Assembly (NCBI GenBank): GCA_029883265.1
Contig: JAOUJM010000002.1
Coordinates: forward strand, 1 to 61,633
Reading direction: 5' to 3'
From: Gammaproteobacteria bacterium
GTDB lineage: Bacteria; Pseudomonadota; Gammaproteobacteria; S012-40
Length of the DNA stretch: 61,633 nucleotides
Both the position numbers and the translations under genes were made by a program. Below are positions 27,159 to 37,652 of this stretch, piece after piece. The notes under the pieces were generated by a model. It did not search any database, was not told the origin of the DNA, and saw only the letters and a list, made by a program, of their open reading frames with translations. Position 1 is the first letter of the stretch; each line of letters begins with the position of its first letter.

Positions 27159-28416
27159 TTGTGTCAATTGGATCAAATTCCTCAGCTTCAACAGTTATCT
27201 GAACAGCAGCGCTTTGAAATGCGGGTGGTTGCGACTGTGTTGCCGTTTCGTGTCAATCATTATGTAATAAATGAATTGATTAATTGGGGTGATGTTCCTA
27301 GCGACCCTATGTTTCAACTTTGTTTTCCACAAAAAAATATGTTATCGCCCGAGCATTTCAATTGCATTGCAAAATTATTACATGATGATGCTAGTCAAGA
27401 TCAAGTTAATATTGCGGTCGATGATATTCGGCAACCGCTTAATCCTCATCCCGCAAACCAACTTGAAAAAAATATTCCACAATTTGATGGTGAGCGGCTA
27501 GAAGGAATTCAACATAAATGTCGAGAAACGGTTTTGTTTTTCCCTGTACAAGGACAAACTTGTCATAGCTTTTGTAGTTTTTGTTTTCGTTGGGCGCAAT
27601 TTGTGGGTGATAAGGAATTAAAAATTGCTGCTAATGATGCGCAAACACTACATAGCTATTTGCGAGAACATATAGATGTCACCGATGTACTCATTACAGG
27701 CGGTGACCCGCTTATTATGAAAGCAAAAAATTTGCGAAAGTATATTGAACCTTTGTTGCAAAAGGATTTTGCTCATATAACGACGATTCGTATGGGTACG
27801 AAAGCCTTAAGTTTTTGGCCGCAGCGTTTTGTTACAGATGATGATGCGGAGGATTTATTGCTATTGCTCAGACAAGCAATTGATGCAGGTAAGCATGTGG
27901 CCTTGATGGCGCATTATAATCACTGGCGTGAACTGGATACGGATATTGCTGAGTTAGCTATTTCGTGTGTGCGCGAAGTGGGCGTGGAAATACGCAGTCA
28001 AGGGCCACTGTTGGCTCATATAAATAATAGCGCCGACGTATGGGCACGTATGTGGCAACGTCAAGTGGAATTAGGGATTATGCCTTACGATATGTTTGTC
28101 GAGCGAGATACCGGTGCCAAGCGATATTTTGAAGTTCCTTTGGAACGAGCTTGGGAAATTTACCATGACGCCATTCAACAAATCCGGTTTGGCGTGTACC
28201 GCGCGAGGCCCCTCTATGAGCGCGGACCCAGGTAAAGTTGAAGTGCAAGGTATATGTGAAATTGATGGAGAAAAGGTTTTTGTACTGCGTTTCCTTCAAG
28301 GGCGTGACCCTGAATGGTTACAAAAACCTTGTTTCGCTAAATATAAATCAAGCGCGACGTGGCTAGACGATTTACGGCCTGCATTTGGTGAGCAACACTT
28401 CTTTTTGGAAAAATAA
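27159..28416 (+). pseudogene. KamA-family radical SAM protein (lysine 2,3-aminomutase-like), frameshifted near its 3' end
   Basis: CHSFCSFCFRW (CxxxCxxC) and VLPFRVNHYVINELINW are KamA-family blocks. The frame breaks near A3 28180-28182. ORF 28096..28416 continues with SGLACTARGPSMSADPGKVEVQG..., the typical family C-terminus. The 5' end is also uncertain: TTG 27159, an in-frame TGA at 27141, and out-of-frame ATGs at 27140 and 27095. Confidence 0.75.
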
Positions 28417-28581
28417 TTCCTGACGCATAACTAACCTTGCCCCTAAATCGGCTGGCGCTTATACTATGTCCCCCGTTGAGCCGGGCCTGTTGATAAAAGC
28501 ATAATTAAAACAATAGGTTATTTTGTTTAGCGGGAAACTTGTCTAGCGTCAAGTCAGGAAAAGGTTTATAAAAAGGGTTAT

Positions 28582-28693
28582 GGTGACCCGTGCCGGTCCC
28601 CTCGCGACGATAAACCGTGAACCCGGTCAGGCCCGGAAGGGAGCAGCCGTAGCGGTGGACTCGGGTGCCGAGGTGTGGCGGGCACGGGACGCC
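28582..28693 (+). ncRNA. ffs: Signal recognition particle RNA (4.5S RNA)
   Basis: It contains the conserved domain IV sequence GGTCAGGCCCGGAAGGGAGCAGCC. The 5' GGTGACCCGTGCC pairs with the 3' GGCACGGGACGCC. It lies immediately upstream of dnaX-ybaB-recR, a known conserved arrangement. Confidence 0.85.
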
Positions 28694-28730
28694 TCCAATT
28701 GATTTCGATGGGCATACACTGGAATATGAC

Positions 28731-30431
28731 ATGGGTTATCAAGTCTTAGCACGCAAATGGCGTCCAAAACACTTTGCTGACGTGGTGGGACAGGAGCATG
28801 TCTTACGTGCATTAATTAATGCACTGGATAGTCAGCGTTTACATCATACATATTTATTTACAGGTACCCGCGGTGTCGGTAAAACCACCTTGGGGCGTAT
28901 TCTTGCCAAGTCATTGAATTGTGAAACCGGCGTGAGTTCAAAGCCGTGCGGTCAATGTTCATCGTGTATGGAAATTGACCAAGGGAGATTTGTTGATTTA
29001 CTCGAAGTGGATGCGGCGTCGCGTACCAAAGTCGAGGACACGCGTGAATTGCTCGATAATGTGCAATACGCACCGACACGCGGTCGCTACAAAGTTTATT
29101 TGATCGACGAAGTGCACATGCTCTCCAATCACAGTTTTAATGCGTTGTTAAAAACGTTGGAAGAGCCACCGCCGCATGTAAAATTTATTCTCGCAACCAC
29201 TGATCCACAAAAATTACCTGTAACGATTTTGTCGCGTTGTTTGCAATTTAGTTTGCAATGTATTCCGTTGGATCAAATCGTTTCACATTTACAATTTGTA
29301 TTAGAGCAAGAGCAAATTCAATTTGAGCTTGATGCGTTACGTTTAGTTGCACGAGCGGCCCAAGGTAGTATGCGTGATGCCTTGAGTTTGTTGGATCAAG
29401 CGATCGCTCATAGTAATAGTAATGTTCAAGCTGACGCTGTGCGTTCCATGCTGGGTTACATGGATAGTCGGGCATTGTATGGTGTGTTAAATGCACTAGC
29501 ATCACAGGATGGGAAGCGTTTGCTTGATGAAATTGAGCATTTGGCTCAAAGTGGCGTTGACTTTCAAGCAGCATTAAGTGAACTATTATCAATTTTGCAT
29601 CAGATTGCATTATTACAAGTGGTGCCGGATAGCAAGCAGATGGCTGAAGCCGCCGTTAGTGAACTCGCGCAAATAATTAGCGCGGAAGACGTGCAATTAT
29701 TTTATCAGATTGGTTTACAGGGGCAACGAGACATTGTGCTTGCTCCCGATTTACGTGTTGGTTTTGAGATGATTGTTTTGCGCATGTTAGCATTCAGACC
29801 AAAAATTACCAACCAGGCAAAAACTCAGTCTGTTCCTGCTGCAAAAGCCAGTCCGGTGCATAAGGAAAAAATGGCGATGGCTCCCACGCCATCTGTTCAA
29901 GCGCCAGTATCCGCTCCAGTACAGGCGGCTCCAGTTGCGCCAGCTCCCGCACCGGCAAATCAAGTGAATCATGAAGCTAACCTTTACGTTAGTGAAAATC
30001 CGGAGCCGGTTTTTTCGCAAGCAGCAAAACCATTGCCCGATTCTGCTTCGGCATGGGCGGAGGCTTTAGCAATTTTGCCTTTGAGTGGTATGGTGCGACA
30101 GCTTGCAATGAATTCGGCGTTCCAAGGTTTGCGCAATCAGGCGATTCAATTACAAGTTGCTTCCAGTCATCGTAATTTAGTGAGTAAGAATTTTATTCAA
30201 CGTTTGGCGCAAACCTTGAGTCAGTATTATTGTGTCGACGTGAAGGTGGATATTGCCGTGACGGAGTCCATAGAGCAAGAAACACCGGCAATTAAACAAT
30301 CTCGGGAAAAGCAGGCGCAATTACAATCGGCGATAGAAACGGTTAACGCTGATCCCAATGTTAAAACCATGCAAGAACTTTTTGGTGCCGCAGTGGATCC
30401 CCGCTCGGTGCAAGTTGAAACAAACGATTAG
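28731..30431 (+). CDS. dnaX: DNA polymerase III subunit tau/gamma
   Basis: Start moved to ATG 28731 ([24 protein letters not shown]) because the longer ORF runs over ffs. Walker [10 protein letters not shown]. The zinc-module cysteines CGQCSSC are present. Confidence 0.95.
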   Translation: MGYQVLARKWRPKHFADVVGQEHVLRALINALDSQRLHHTYLFTGTRGVGKTTLGRILAKSLNCETGVSSKPCGQCSSCMEIDQGRFVDLLEVDAASRTKVEDTRELLDNVQYAPTRGRYKVYLIDEVHMLSNHSFNALLKTLEEPPPHVKFILATTDPQKLPVTILSRCLQFSLQCIPLDQIVSHLQFVLEQEQIQFELDALRLVARAAQGSMRDALSLLDQAIAHSNSNVQADAVRSMLGYMDSRALYGVLNALASQDGKRLLDEIEHLAQSGVDFQAALSELLSILHQIALLQVVPDSKQMAEAAVSELAQIISAEDVQLFYQIGLQGQRDIVLAPDLRVGFEMIVLRMLAFRPKITNQAKTQSVPAAKASPVHKEKMAMAPTPSVQAPVSAPVQAAPVAPAPAPANQVNHEANLYVSENPEPVFSQAAKPLPDSASAWAEALAILPLSGMVRQLAMNSAFQGLRNQAIQLQVASSHRNLVSKNFIQRLAQTLSQYYCVDVKVDIAVTESIEQETPAIKQSREKQAQLQSAIETVNADPNVKTMQELFGAAVDPRSVQVETND

Positions 30432-30450
30432 ATATTTGAAGGAGTCAACA

Positions 30451-30774
30451 ATGAAAGGTGGTTTAGGCAACCTCATGAAACAAGCGCAACAAATGCAAGC
30501 TAACTTGCAAAAAGCGCAAGAAGAACTCGCTACTATGGAAGTAACCGGTAAATCAGGCGGTGGCATGGTCGAAGTTGTTATGACCGGACGCCATGATGTG
30601 CGTCGTGTCACTATCGATCCAAGCCTAATGGAAGACGATAAAGATATGCTCGAAGATTTGGTTGCAGCAGCATTTAATGATGCAGTGCAGACCTTGGAGA
30701 AAGTCACTAAAGACAAAATGGGTGCGTTAACCGGAGGTATGGAATTGCCTGCTGGTTTTAAAATGCCATTCTAA
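30451..30774 (+). CDS. ybaB: Nucleoid-associated protein YbaB/EbfC
   Basis: Start at ATG 30451 with GGAG upstream. [26 protein letters not shown] is the family signature. Confidence 0.95.
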   Translation: MKGGLGNLMKQAQQMQANLQKAQEELATMEVTGKSGGGMVEVVMTGRHDVRRVTIDPSLMEDDKDMLEDLVAAAFNDAVQTLEKVTKDKMGALTGGMELPAGFKMPF

Positions 30775-30810
30775 ACATCGCCAACTATAAGCGCGTGTTG
30801 ATGTTGTGTT

Positions 30811-31401
30811 ATGAGTAAACTACTGAACGAATTAATTGAATCCTTGCGCTGTTTGCCCGGGGTCGGACCAAAAACAGCACAGCGTATGGCGTTTCATTTA
30901 TTGGAACGTAATCGAGATGCTGCACGTCATCTAGCAAAAACCATGGAAAGATCGCTTGATGACATTGGTCATTGCCAACAATGCCGAAATTTTAGCGAAG
31001 CCGGATTATGTGATATTTGCGCTAATAGCGCTCGTGATTCGAGTTTGTTGTGCGTTGTTGAGAGTCCTGCCGATCAACATGCGGTAGAGCATGCCACTAA
31101 TTTTCGCGGACTGTACTTCGTACTTATGGGTCGTTTATCGCCATTAGATGGCATTGGTCCAGATGAATTAGGTTTGGATCAATTGGTTAAACGCCTAGAT
31201 CAAGGGGGAATCAATGAAGTAATTGTTGCGACGAATTCCACTGTTGAAGGCGAAACTACGGCGCATTATATTTCAGAATTAGTGCATCAGCGGCAGATCA
31301 AGGTGAGTCGTATTGCTCATGGCGTGCCTATCGGTGGGGAGTTGGAACACGTGGATAGCGGCACTCTTAGTCGTGCGTTTTCCGGACGCCATTTAGTTTA
31401 A
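30811..31401 (+). CDS. recR: Recombination protein RecR
   Basis: 196 aa with [24 protein letters not shown] and the C4 zinc finger CQQCRNF...CDIC, plus a Toprim region. Confidence 0.95.
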   Translation: MSKLLNELIESLRCLPGVGPKTAQRMAFHLLERNRDAARHLAKTMERSLDDIGHCQQCRNFSEAGLCDICANSARDSSLLCVVESPADQHAVEHATNFRGLYFVLMGRLSPLDGIGPDELGLDQLVKRLDQGGINEVIVATNSTVEGETTAHYISELVHQRQIKVSRIAHGVPIGGELEHVDSGTLSRAFSGRHLV

Positions 31402-31417
31402 GCGTGCTGCTCGGTGG

Positions 31418-32095
31418 TTATAAGGAACTCCAGCTCTGCTTACGCCGAAATCGAATATTTGGCAATACCAAGCCAAGAATAATCCCAATCACACACACAC
31501 CAGCGCCGATCATAAACCAGTCACGGGCCGAGCGATCTAATAATTGAGTGTTTTCCTGTTCGACGGTTTGTATTTCGCGGCGTAAATTTAGCACTTGCCC
31601 TTTCAATTCTTCGTTTTCTTCATAGAGCGCAATCTGATTTGTTGAAACACGGCGTATGGTTTCCAATTCTTTTTCTAACTTTTCTTTGGTTTGTGATAGT
31701 TGAGTGCTCTCTTTGGATAAACCATTTTTGTCGGTTTCCAAACTGGCGAGTTGGTCTTTGAGTTCTTTGATTTTGCTACGCAAGTTCTTGATGCGGTTTT
31801 GCGCGGTGATTAAACGATCCTTTGCGGCAGCTTGAGACATGAGGTAGCGGCTGAGTGCGTAACCTTCGATACCATCTTCAGTGCGCACCAAAGAATAACC
31901 GCTATCTGGAAAAGCTTCGATTTCGATAACTTTGCTGCCAGAGCGTAAATTCTTAAGAATTTTGCGATCTGTGCCTGGGCCGGTGCGCATGGTAATTTCA
32001 AATTCGTCACTGACATAAAGCGTTTGTTCGGCGAACACATGGTTCATGCTAAGGCTTATGGCGAAAAATATTAGCAATCGATGTTTAATGTTCAC
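31418..32095 (-). CDS. SH3-domain, coiled-coil, C-terminally anchored protein (YgiM/TIGR04211-like)
   Basis: Signal peptide, then the SH3-like YVSDEFEITMRTGPGTDRKILKNLRSGSKV, a long coiled coil and the C-terminal TM WFMIGAGVCVIGIILGLVL. Confidence 0.7.
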   Translation of the reverse strand: MNIKHRLLIFFAISLSMNHVFAEQTLYVSDEFEITMRTGPGTDRKILKNLRSGSKVIEIEAFPDSGYSLVRTEDGIEGYALSRYLMSQAAAKDRLITAQNRIKNLRSKIKELKDQLASLETDKNGLSKESTQLSQTKEKLEKELETIRRVSTNQIALYEENEELKGQVLNLRREIQTVEQENTQLLDRSARDWFMIGAGVCVIGIILGLVLPNIRFRRKQSWSSL

Positions 32096-32315
32096 GGTTC
32101 TTCCTCGAATTAATTAATGTTACAAGACGCTATCGACACAACAATGCAACTCTTAAGCCGATAGCTTGCTAGTCAGTATTTACAGACATTATAGTCAAAA
32201 GCTTATGTATATAAGTAAAAAATGTGAGCTAAATCATGATTTGCATATTAAATAAGCTTAAACTAAATTTTTTGTTTTGATAACTGTCTCTGAGTTACGA
32301 CAGTGAGTCCTCACT

Positions 32316-32984
32316 ATGATGATTGCGAATTTACATTCCTGGGATTTGTTGGCGAAAGAAGCCATGCAGCTGCAAAAAAATTTAGCAAAAAAAGTCATTC
32401 GTGAAGATCGCTTTCAATCGATTAATACAGTGGCAGGTGTTGACGTGGGTTTTCTTGAGCAAGGAAAAACGACACGTGCAGCGGTCGCGGTATTGAATTT
32501 CCCGGCCTTGAGTTTGGTTGAACACCGGGTGGTGGATGTGCCTACTTGCTACCCTTATATCCCGGGTTTGTTATCTTTTCGGGAATTACCTGCTGTTCTA
32601 AGTGCAATTTCACAATTGGGAAAAATGCCGGATTTGTTTTTAGTTGATGGTCAAGGTATTGCGCATCCACGGCGACTAGGGATAGCCAGTCATCTTGGGT
32701 TGTGGGTTAACCGACCTACTGTCGGTGTAGGCAAGAGCCGCTTACTTGGGAGTCATGGCGAGTTGCCAAATAAAAAAGGGGCGTGGACGCCTTTGCTGGA
32801 TCAGGGTGAAGTGGTTGGCGCAGTATTACGCAGTCGTGTAAACGTAAAGCCGATTTATATTTCCATTGGTCATCGCTGCAGCCTGCCAACAGCCATTCAT
32901 TGGGTGCTGGCTTGTATAACAAAGTATAAATTACCAGAAACCACGCGATACGCACATTATCTGGCCTCTGAGTATGGGCGCTAG
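32316..32984 (+). CDS. nfi: Endonuclease V
   Basis: 222 aa with VAGVDVGF, YIPGLLSFRELP, DGQGIAHPRRLGIASHLG and ISIGHR, the conserved Nfi blocks. Confidence 0.9.
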   Translation: MMIANLHSWDLLAKEAMQLQKNLAKKVIREDRFQSINTVAGVDVGFLEQGKTTRAAVAVLNFPALSLVEHRVVDVPTCYPYIPGLLSFRELPAVLSAISQLGKMPDLFLVDGQGIAHPRRLGIASHLGLWVNRPTVGVGKSRLLGSHGELPNKKGAWTPLLDQGEVVGAVLRSRVNVKPIYISIGHRCSLPTAIHWVLACITKYKLPETTRYAHYLASEYGR

Positions 32985-33012
32985 TAGTGCAGATGTGACT
33001 GATTAATTTTTG

Positions 33013-33615
33013 TCACAACAACTTCTCCAATTGTGGCCAGATGTTATCAAGAATGATTGGTTGACCCAGACGGTTTGGGTGTATGCGGTCACGTTGAAAA
33101 TAACGGTAATCCTCACCAATAATGTCGAGCATATAAGGTACAATAGGAATTTCGTGTTCTTCGGCAACAAAAGCAAAACTTTGTTGAAACTTTTGCACAT
33201 AAAGAGGGCCATAGTTAGGGGGTAAGCGAATGCCGACTAACAACACTTTTGCTTTTTGTTGCTGACAAGCTTGTACTATGAAACTGAGATTCTTGCGCAT
33301 GGCGGCTAATGAAAGGCCACGTAAGCCGTCATTGCCACCGAGTTCAATAATGACGACATCGGGTTTATGTTTTGCTAAGGTTTTAACAATTCGATCTCGG
33401 CCATTATCGGTGGTGTTGCCACTGATGCTGGCGTTGATCACCTGATGGGGGTATTTTTTTTCATTTAAGCGCGATTGTAATAGCTGAACCCAACCTTCAC
33501 CCTGGTTTAATCCATAGCCAGCACTTAGGGAATCGCCAAAGACTAGAATAACCGGTTGAGCGAAACTAAGTGGACTGAGTGCGAATAGGAAATAAAAAGT
33601 TAATAATCTAATCAT
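33013..33615 (-). CDS. tesA: GDSL-family arylesterase / acyl-CoA thioesterase I
   Basis: Signal peptide plus VFGDSLSAGYG (GDSL), GGNDGLRG and DRIHPN blocks. It is divergent from ybbA-ybbP, as in E. coli. Confidence 0.9.
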   Translation of the reverse strand: MIRLLTFYFLFALSPLSFAQPVILVFGDSLSAGYGLNQGEGWVQLLQSRLNEKKYPHQVINASISGNTTDNGRDRIVKTLAKHKPDVVIIELGGNDGLRGLSLAAMRKNLSFIVQACQQQKAKVLLVGIRLPPNYGPLYVQKFQQSFAFVAEEHEIPIVPYMLDIIGEDYRYFQRDRIHPNRLGQPIILDNIWPQLEKLL

Positions 33616-34300
33616 GAGTCATCAAAACCAATCTGAATTGTTGCGAGTGGAACAGCTCGCGAAAAAAGTTATTAGTCCCGAAGGCGAGTTAGTTATATTA
33701 GACCATGTTAATTTCACCTTGGCTGCAGGTCAATCCGCGGCGATTGTGGGTGCGTCGGGGGCTGGCAAATCAACGCTACTGGGTTTACTTGCAGGCTTAG
33801 ACGTGCCCAGCAGTGGAAAAGTTTGGCTAAACGGAGAAGATTTTTTTGCCTTGGACGAAGATGGACGTGCGCGCCTGCGGGGTGAATCCATGGGTTTTGT
33901 GTTTCAGTCGTTTCAATTATTGCCAAGTTTAACCGCACTGGAAAATGTAATGCTACCCTTGGAACTGCTTGAATCAGATGTCGATGCTAAAAAGCAAGCT
34001 GCCCAGGTACTGAGTCGTGTCGGCTTAGCGCATCGCCTGCATCACTACCCTAAACAATTATCCGGTGGTGAACAACAACGAGTGGCTATTGCAAGAGCGT
34101 TTGTTAGCGAGCCTAAGATTCTTTTAGCCGATGAACCCACGGGAAATCTTGATGCTAAGACTGGTGATCAGATTATTGAGTTGTTGTTTAAGTTGAATCA
34201 AGAGAAACAAACCACTTTGATTCTAGTGACGCATGATCAGTCCTTGGCGCAACGTTGTCAGCGACGATTGATTATTTCAGATGGTCGGGTAAGTGAGTAA
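33614..34300 (+). CDS. ybbA: ABC transporter ATP-binding protein YbbA
   Basis: Walker [10 protein letters not shown], signature [14 protein letters not shown], Walker B LLADEPT. Confidence 0.9.
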   Translation: MSHQNQSELLRVEQLAKKVISPEGELVILDHVNFTLAAGQSAAIVGASGAGKSTLLGLLAGLDVPSSGKVWLNGEDFFALDEDGRARLRGESMGFVFQSFQLLPSLTALENVMLPLELLESDVDAKKQAAQVLSRVGLAHRLHHYPKQLSGGEQQRVAIARAFVSEPKILLADEPTGNLDAKTGDQIIELLFKLNQEKQTTLILVTHDQSLAQRCQRRLIISDGRVSE

Positions 34301-36797
34301 TATGCTAAACGAATGGCGTCTGGCAAAGCGTTTTTTGCAACGCGACTGGTCAGCTGGCGAGTTACATGTGTTGCTATGGGCTTTGATTATTGCTGTAAGC
34401 GCAGTGTCGTCGGTGAATTTTTTTACTGATCGTATTTATCAAGCATTAAATCAACAGGCGAACGTATTGTTAGGCGCGGACCTGGTTGTTAATGGCGATC
34501 GGCCCTTTAGCTCGATTTATCAACAACAAGCAAAAAAAAATAATTTACAACAAGTTCAAGTGCAACAATTTCCAAGTATGTTGATGGCGGGTGAACAGGC
34601 GCAACTTGCTTCGATAAAAGCGGTGACCAAAGGCTTTCCTTTGCGTGGAGATATGGAAATTAGCGAGCAATTATTTGCACCCGCCAGTATCGCAAAGAAT
34701 ATTCCAGAGTCTGGAAGTGTTTGGTTAGAGCCACGTTTAATGACATCGCTGCAATTAAAAGTTGGCGATAGCATACAGTTGGGTTTTTTAAAATTAAAAG
34801 TGAGTGCGGTTATTGCGGCTGAGCCTGGTCGTTCGGGTGATTTGTTTAGTTTGGCGCCCACCCTGATGATGAACTTAAACGATTTGGCGGCGACACGTTT
34901 AATACAAGCGGGTAGTCGGGTGCGTTATCAGCTTTTGCTTGCCGGGCCACTCAAAGCCATTGAAAACTATCGCCAAGATTTAACTGAACGGGACGATCGT
35001 GGTGTATTTTTTCAGGGTATACAGGATGCGCGCCCGGAAATTCGAACCGCTTTGCAACGCGCAGGTCAGTTTCTAGGGCTTGCTGCCTTGATTACGGTTA
35101 TTCTCGCGGGTGTGGCGGTGGCGTTAGCAGCCAGACGTTATGCACGGCGTCATTTGGATCATTGCGCGATTATGCGATGTCTTGGTTCAAGTCAAGCGAG
35201 AATAACTAAAGTCTATGCTTTGCAAATGAGTTTGCTCGGATTGATTGCTAGCGTGATTGGTTGTGTTCTCGGGTTTTTCGCCCATTGGGTTTTCGTATTT
35301 TTGTTAGGTAACTTATTAGAGGTGAATTTGCCTGCACCAGGTGTTATGCCGGTATTATTTGGATTGTTCACTGGCATGATCACTTTGTTAGGTTTCGCTT
35401 TGCCACCTTTGTTGCAGTTGAAATCAGTGCCCGCTTTGCGTGTATTGCGCCGGGATATTGGGAATATCAAAACACCAGGATTAATTAGCTACTCACTCGG
35501 CATTGTTGCGCTAGGCTTGTTAATGATTTTTCAAGCACGAGATATTAATCTTGGAGTGCTAATGGTGCTGGGTACTTTGGTGTTGCTGCTGCTGATCGCA
35601 TTGCTTGCCTGGATTATGGTGATGCTTGTGGGACGTTTGCAAAAACATGCCAAAGGTGCTGTACGCTTGGGTTTAAGTAATATTCCTCGGCATCAGCAAA
35701 CCAGTATTATTCAGATTGTGGCGTTTAGTATTGGTCTGGCGAGTCTATTTTTACTAGGTGTGATGCGTTCGGATTTGTTGGATGAATGGCAAAATAATCT
35801 TCCTGATGATGCGCCGAATCGTTTCTTAATAAACATCAAACCACAGCAAGTGGATAGTTTAAGAGATTTTTTCCAGCAACAATCCGTGTCAATCCCAGAT
35901 ATCTACCCCATGGTGCGTGGACGGTTAGTCGCGATAAATGAACAGGCGGTCAATCCCAAAGACTATGCCGATGAACGTGCTCAGCGCTTGGCAACACGAG
36001 AATTTAATATGTCTTGGGCTAGCGATTTGCCTTCGCATAATCGTTTATCTGCGGGACAGTGGTGGCGTTCAGATGAATTGGAGCAACCCTATTTGTCGGT
36101 GGAAGATGGTATTGCGAAAACCTTAGGTTTGAAGTTGGGAGATGTCTTGACTTACGATATTGCGGGCGAAAATTATAACGCCACGATCACCAATTTTCGT
36201 AAAGTGGAATGGGATTCGTTTCGAGCCAATTTTTTTGTAATTGCAACTTCGCAAACCTTGAATGCCTATCCGGCTGCTTATATGACAAGTTTTTATTTGC
36301 CGAAAGATCAATATGAAACACTGAATCAATTAGTTGCGCAATTTCCTAATGTTACCATTATTGATGTGGCTGTGATTATGGATAATGTGCGCAATATTAT
36401 TTCGCGAGTGAGCATGGCAGTGGAAGCCGTATTTGTATTTACTTTATTAGCGGGTCTTATTGTTTTGTATGCTGGCATACAGGCCACACACGACGAACGA
36501 ATGTTAGAAAACGCCATGGTGCGAACCTTAGGTGCGCAGAAAAAACAAATACGTACAGCACTCATTAGTGAATTTTTAGTGCTGGGTTTGATCGCAGGCA
36601 TGATCGCAGCAGTGAGCGCAAGTTTGCAAGCCTTTATGATTGCCGAGCGAGTTTTGCATATGGATTATTATGTCAATGTTTGGGTTTTATTGTTAGCACC
36701 ATTAATCGGTGCCGTGGGCGTGGCTATTGCGGGATTATTAGGTAATCGTAGTGTGGTGCAGCGACCACCATTGCAGACCATACGTTCGCTGCAATAG
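34293..36797 (+). CDS. ybbP: FtsX-like ABC transporter permease YbbP
   Basis: About 830 aa with two FtsX-type membrane modules, paired with ybbA. The start is GTG 34293 or ATG 34302. Confidence 0.85.
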   Translation: MSNMLNEWRLAKRFLQRDWSAGELHVLLWALIIAVSAVSSVNFFTDRIYQALNQQANVLLGADLVVNGDRPFSSIYQQQAKKNNLQQVQVQQFPSMLMAGEQAQLASIKAVTKGFPLRGDMEISEQLFAPASIAKNIPESGSVWLEPRLMTSLQLKVGDSIQLGFLKLKVSAVIAAEPGRSGDLFSLAPTLMMNLNDLAATRLIQAGSRVRYQLLLAGPLKAIENYRQDLTERDDRGVFFQGIQDARPEIRTALQRAGQFLGLAALITVILAGVAVALAARRYARRHLDHCAIMRCLGSSQARITKVYALQMSLLGLIASVIGCVLGFFAHWVFVFLLGNLLEVNLPAPGVMPVLFGLFTGMITLLGFALPPLLQLKSVPALRVLRRDIGNIKTPGLISYSLGIVALGLLMIFQARDINLGVLMVLGTLVLLLLIALLAWIMVMLVGRLQKHAKGAVRLGLSNIPRHQQTSIIQIVAFSIGLASLFLLGVMRSDLLDEWQNNLPDDAPNRFLINIKPQQVDSLRDFFQQQSVSIPDIYPMVRGRLVAINEQAVNPKDYADERAQRLATREFNMSWASDLPSHNRLSAGQWWRSDELEQPYLSVEDGIAKTLGLKLGDVLTYDIAGENYNATITNFRKVEWDSFRANFFVIATSQTLNAYPAAYMTSFYLPKDQYETLNQLVAQFPNVTIIDVAVIMDNVRNIISRVSMAVEAVFVFTLLAGLIVLYAGIQATHDERMLENAMVRTLGAQKKQIRTALISEFLVLGLIAGMIAAVSASLQAFMIAERVLHMDYYVNVWVLLLAPLIGAVGVAIAGLLGNRSVVQRPPLQTIRSLQ

Positions 36798-37229
36798 TTA
36801 TTGATTGATTTGTTGATCGATTTTTTGCTGGCGCTCGCGTAACAATTGATCTAGTTTTGATGCGCGTTCGAAAATTTCAGTTACGTTCACAGTTGATGCG
36901 GAACTTTTTTCATTGTCGGCTTTTGTTTGTTTGTGTTCATCAATAATTGATTTCATTTGCGCAAGTTCACGCTGGTACTCGATCACTTTAAGTTCCAGCG
37001 GTTCTACCTGCGGTTTTTCATCACTATAATGCCAGTGTCCTTGGGTATCTTTCCATCGATAAACTTTGGTATCAGGTGCGGTTTTAATGAGTTCATCCGG
37101 TAATAGTTTTTCCAACTTGCGATTGACCTCCGCGCTGACGTCGTAGTCCGGTTCTGTGAGATAGCGATAGCCTTGCCACATTACTGCAGCCAATAGCAAG
37201 TAAGCGACGAATAAAAAGAGCTTTCTCAT
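36798..37229 (-). CDS. DUF4124 domain protein
   Basis: Start moved to ATG 37229 (MRKLFLFVAYLLLAAV...). VYRWKDTQGHWHYSDEKP is the DUF4124 signature. Confidence 0.7.
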   Translation of the reverse strand: MRKLFLFVAYLLLAAVMWQGYRYLTEPDYDVSAEVNRKLEKLLPDELIKTAPDTKVYRWKDTQGHWHYSDEKPQVEPLELKVIEYQRELAQMKSIIDEHKQTKADNEKSSASTVNVTEIFERASKLDQLLRERQQKIDQQINQ

Positions 37230-37251
37230 GTACGGGCGATTTCTAGTCGAT

Positions 37252-37595
37252 CTAAAAGGTTTTTTGATTCCAGCCCCATAAGTGGCGTTCCGGATTTGAA
37301 AATTCGATATAAATACGCGCAGGATTAATGCCAAGTCGCGTCTGCACTAAATCACCAATGGATTTCGAGAATTTTGCAGTGTCGGATTCAACGAGTCCTA
37401 GACTTTAAATTCAATATAGGCACAAGCCTCAGTGCTTGCGGCAAAACTCATCGCGATATTGGCTTGTACAGACACCATGACATAGGATTCGGGTTTACCA
37501 AGAATCTCTGCCATGGTTTTTGAAGCCAATAATAAAAATTCTTGTTGTTGCTCGGTGTTGAGTTGAATGTTGGTTTGCAGGCTTAATAACGGCAT
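37252..37595 (-). pseudogene. MIF/tautomerase-family protein, frameshifted mid-gene
   Basis: MPLLSLQTNIQL...GKPESYVMVSVQ...AYIEFK stops at 37398-37400. The -1 frame continues SLGLVESDTAKFSKSIGDLVQTRLGINPARIYIEFSNPERHLWGWNQKTF, the family C-terminus. One extra A in the AAA run (plus strand T3, 37404-37406) would restore the frame. GGGAGA RBS. Confidence 0.8.
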
Positions 37596-37652
37596 GAGGA
37601 TCTCCCTGGTTTTAGCCTGAAACATCATAACATAGCTATTGCTTGGGTGGTT

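Noticed and set aside
28505-28812. Two minus-strand ORFs (28505..28732, 28627..28812) and the 22-codon N-terminal extension of the dnaX ORF.
   Set aside because: All overlap the SRP RNA gene. dnaX has a conventional N-terminus ([12 protein letters not shown]) starting at 28731.
29860-29890. Looked for the dnaX programmed -1 frameshift heptamer (A AAA AAG) that yields the gamma subunit in E. coli.
   Set aside because: Only GAA AAA ATG (an A6 run) is present in this region, without the slippery heptamer or an obvious downstream hairpin.
30321-30716. 131-aa minus-strand ORF spanning the end of dnaX and ybaB.
   Set aside because: It is antisense to two highly conserved genes and has no independent support.
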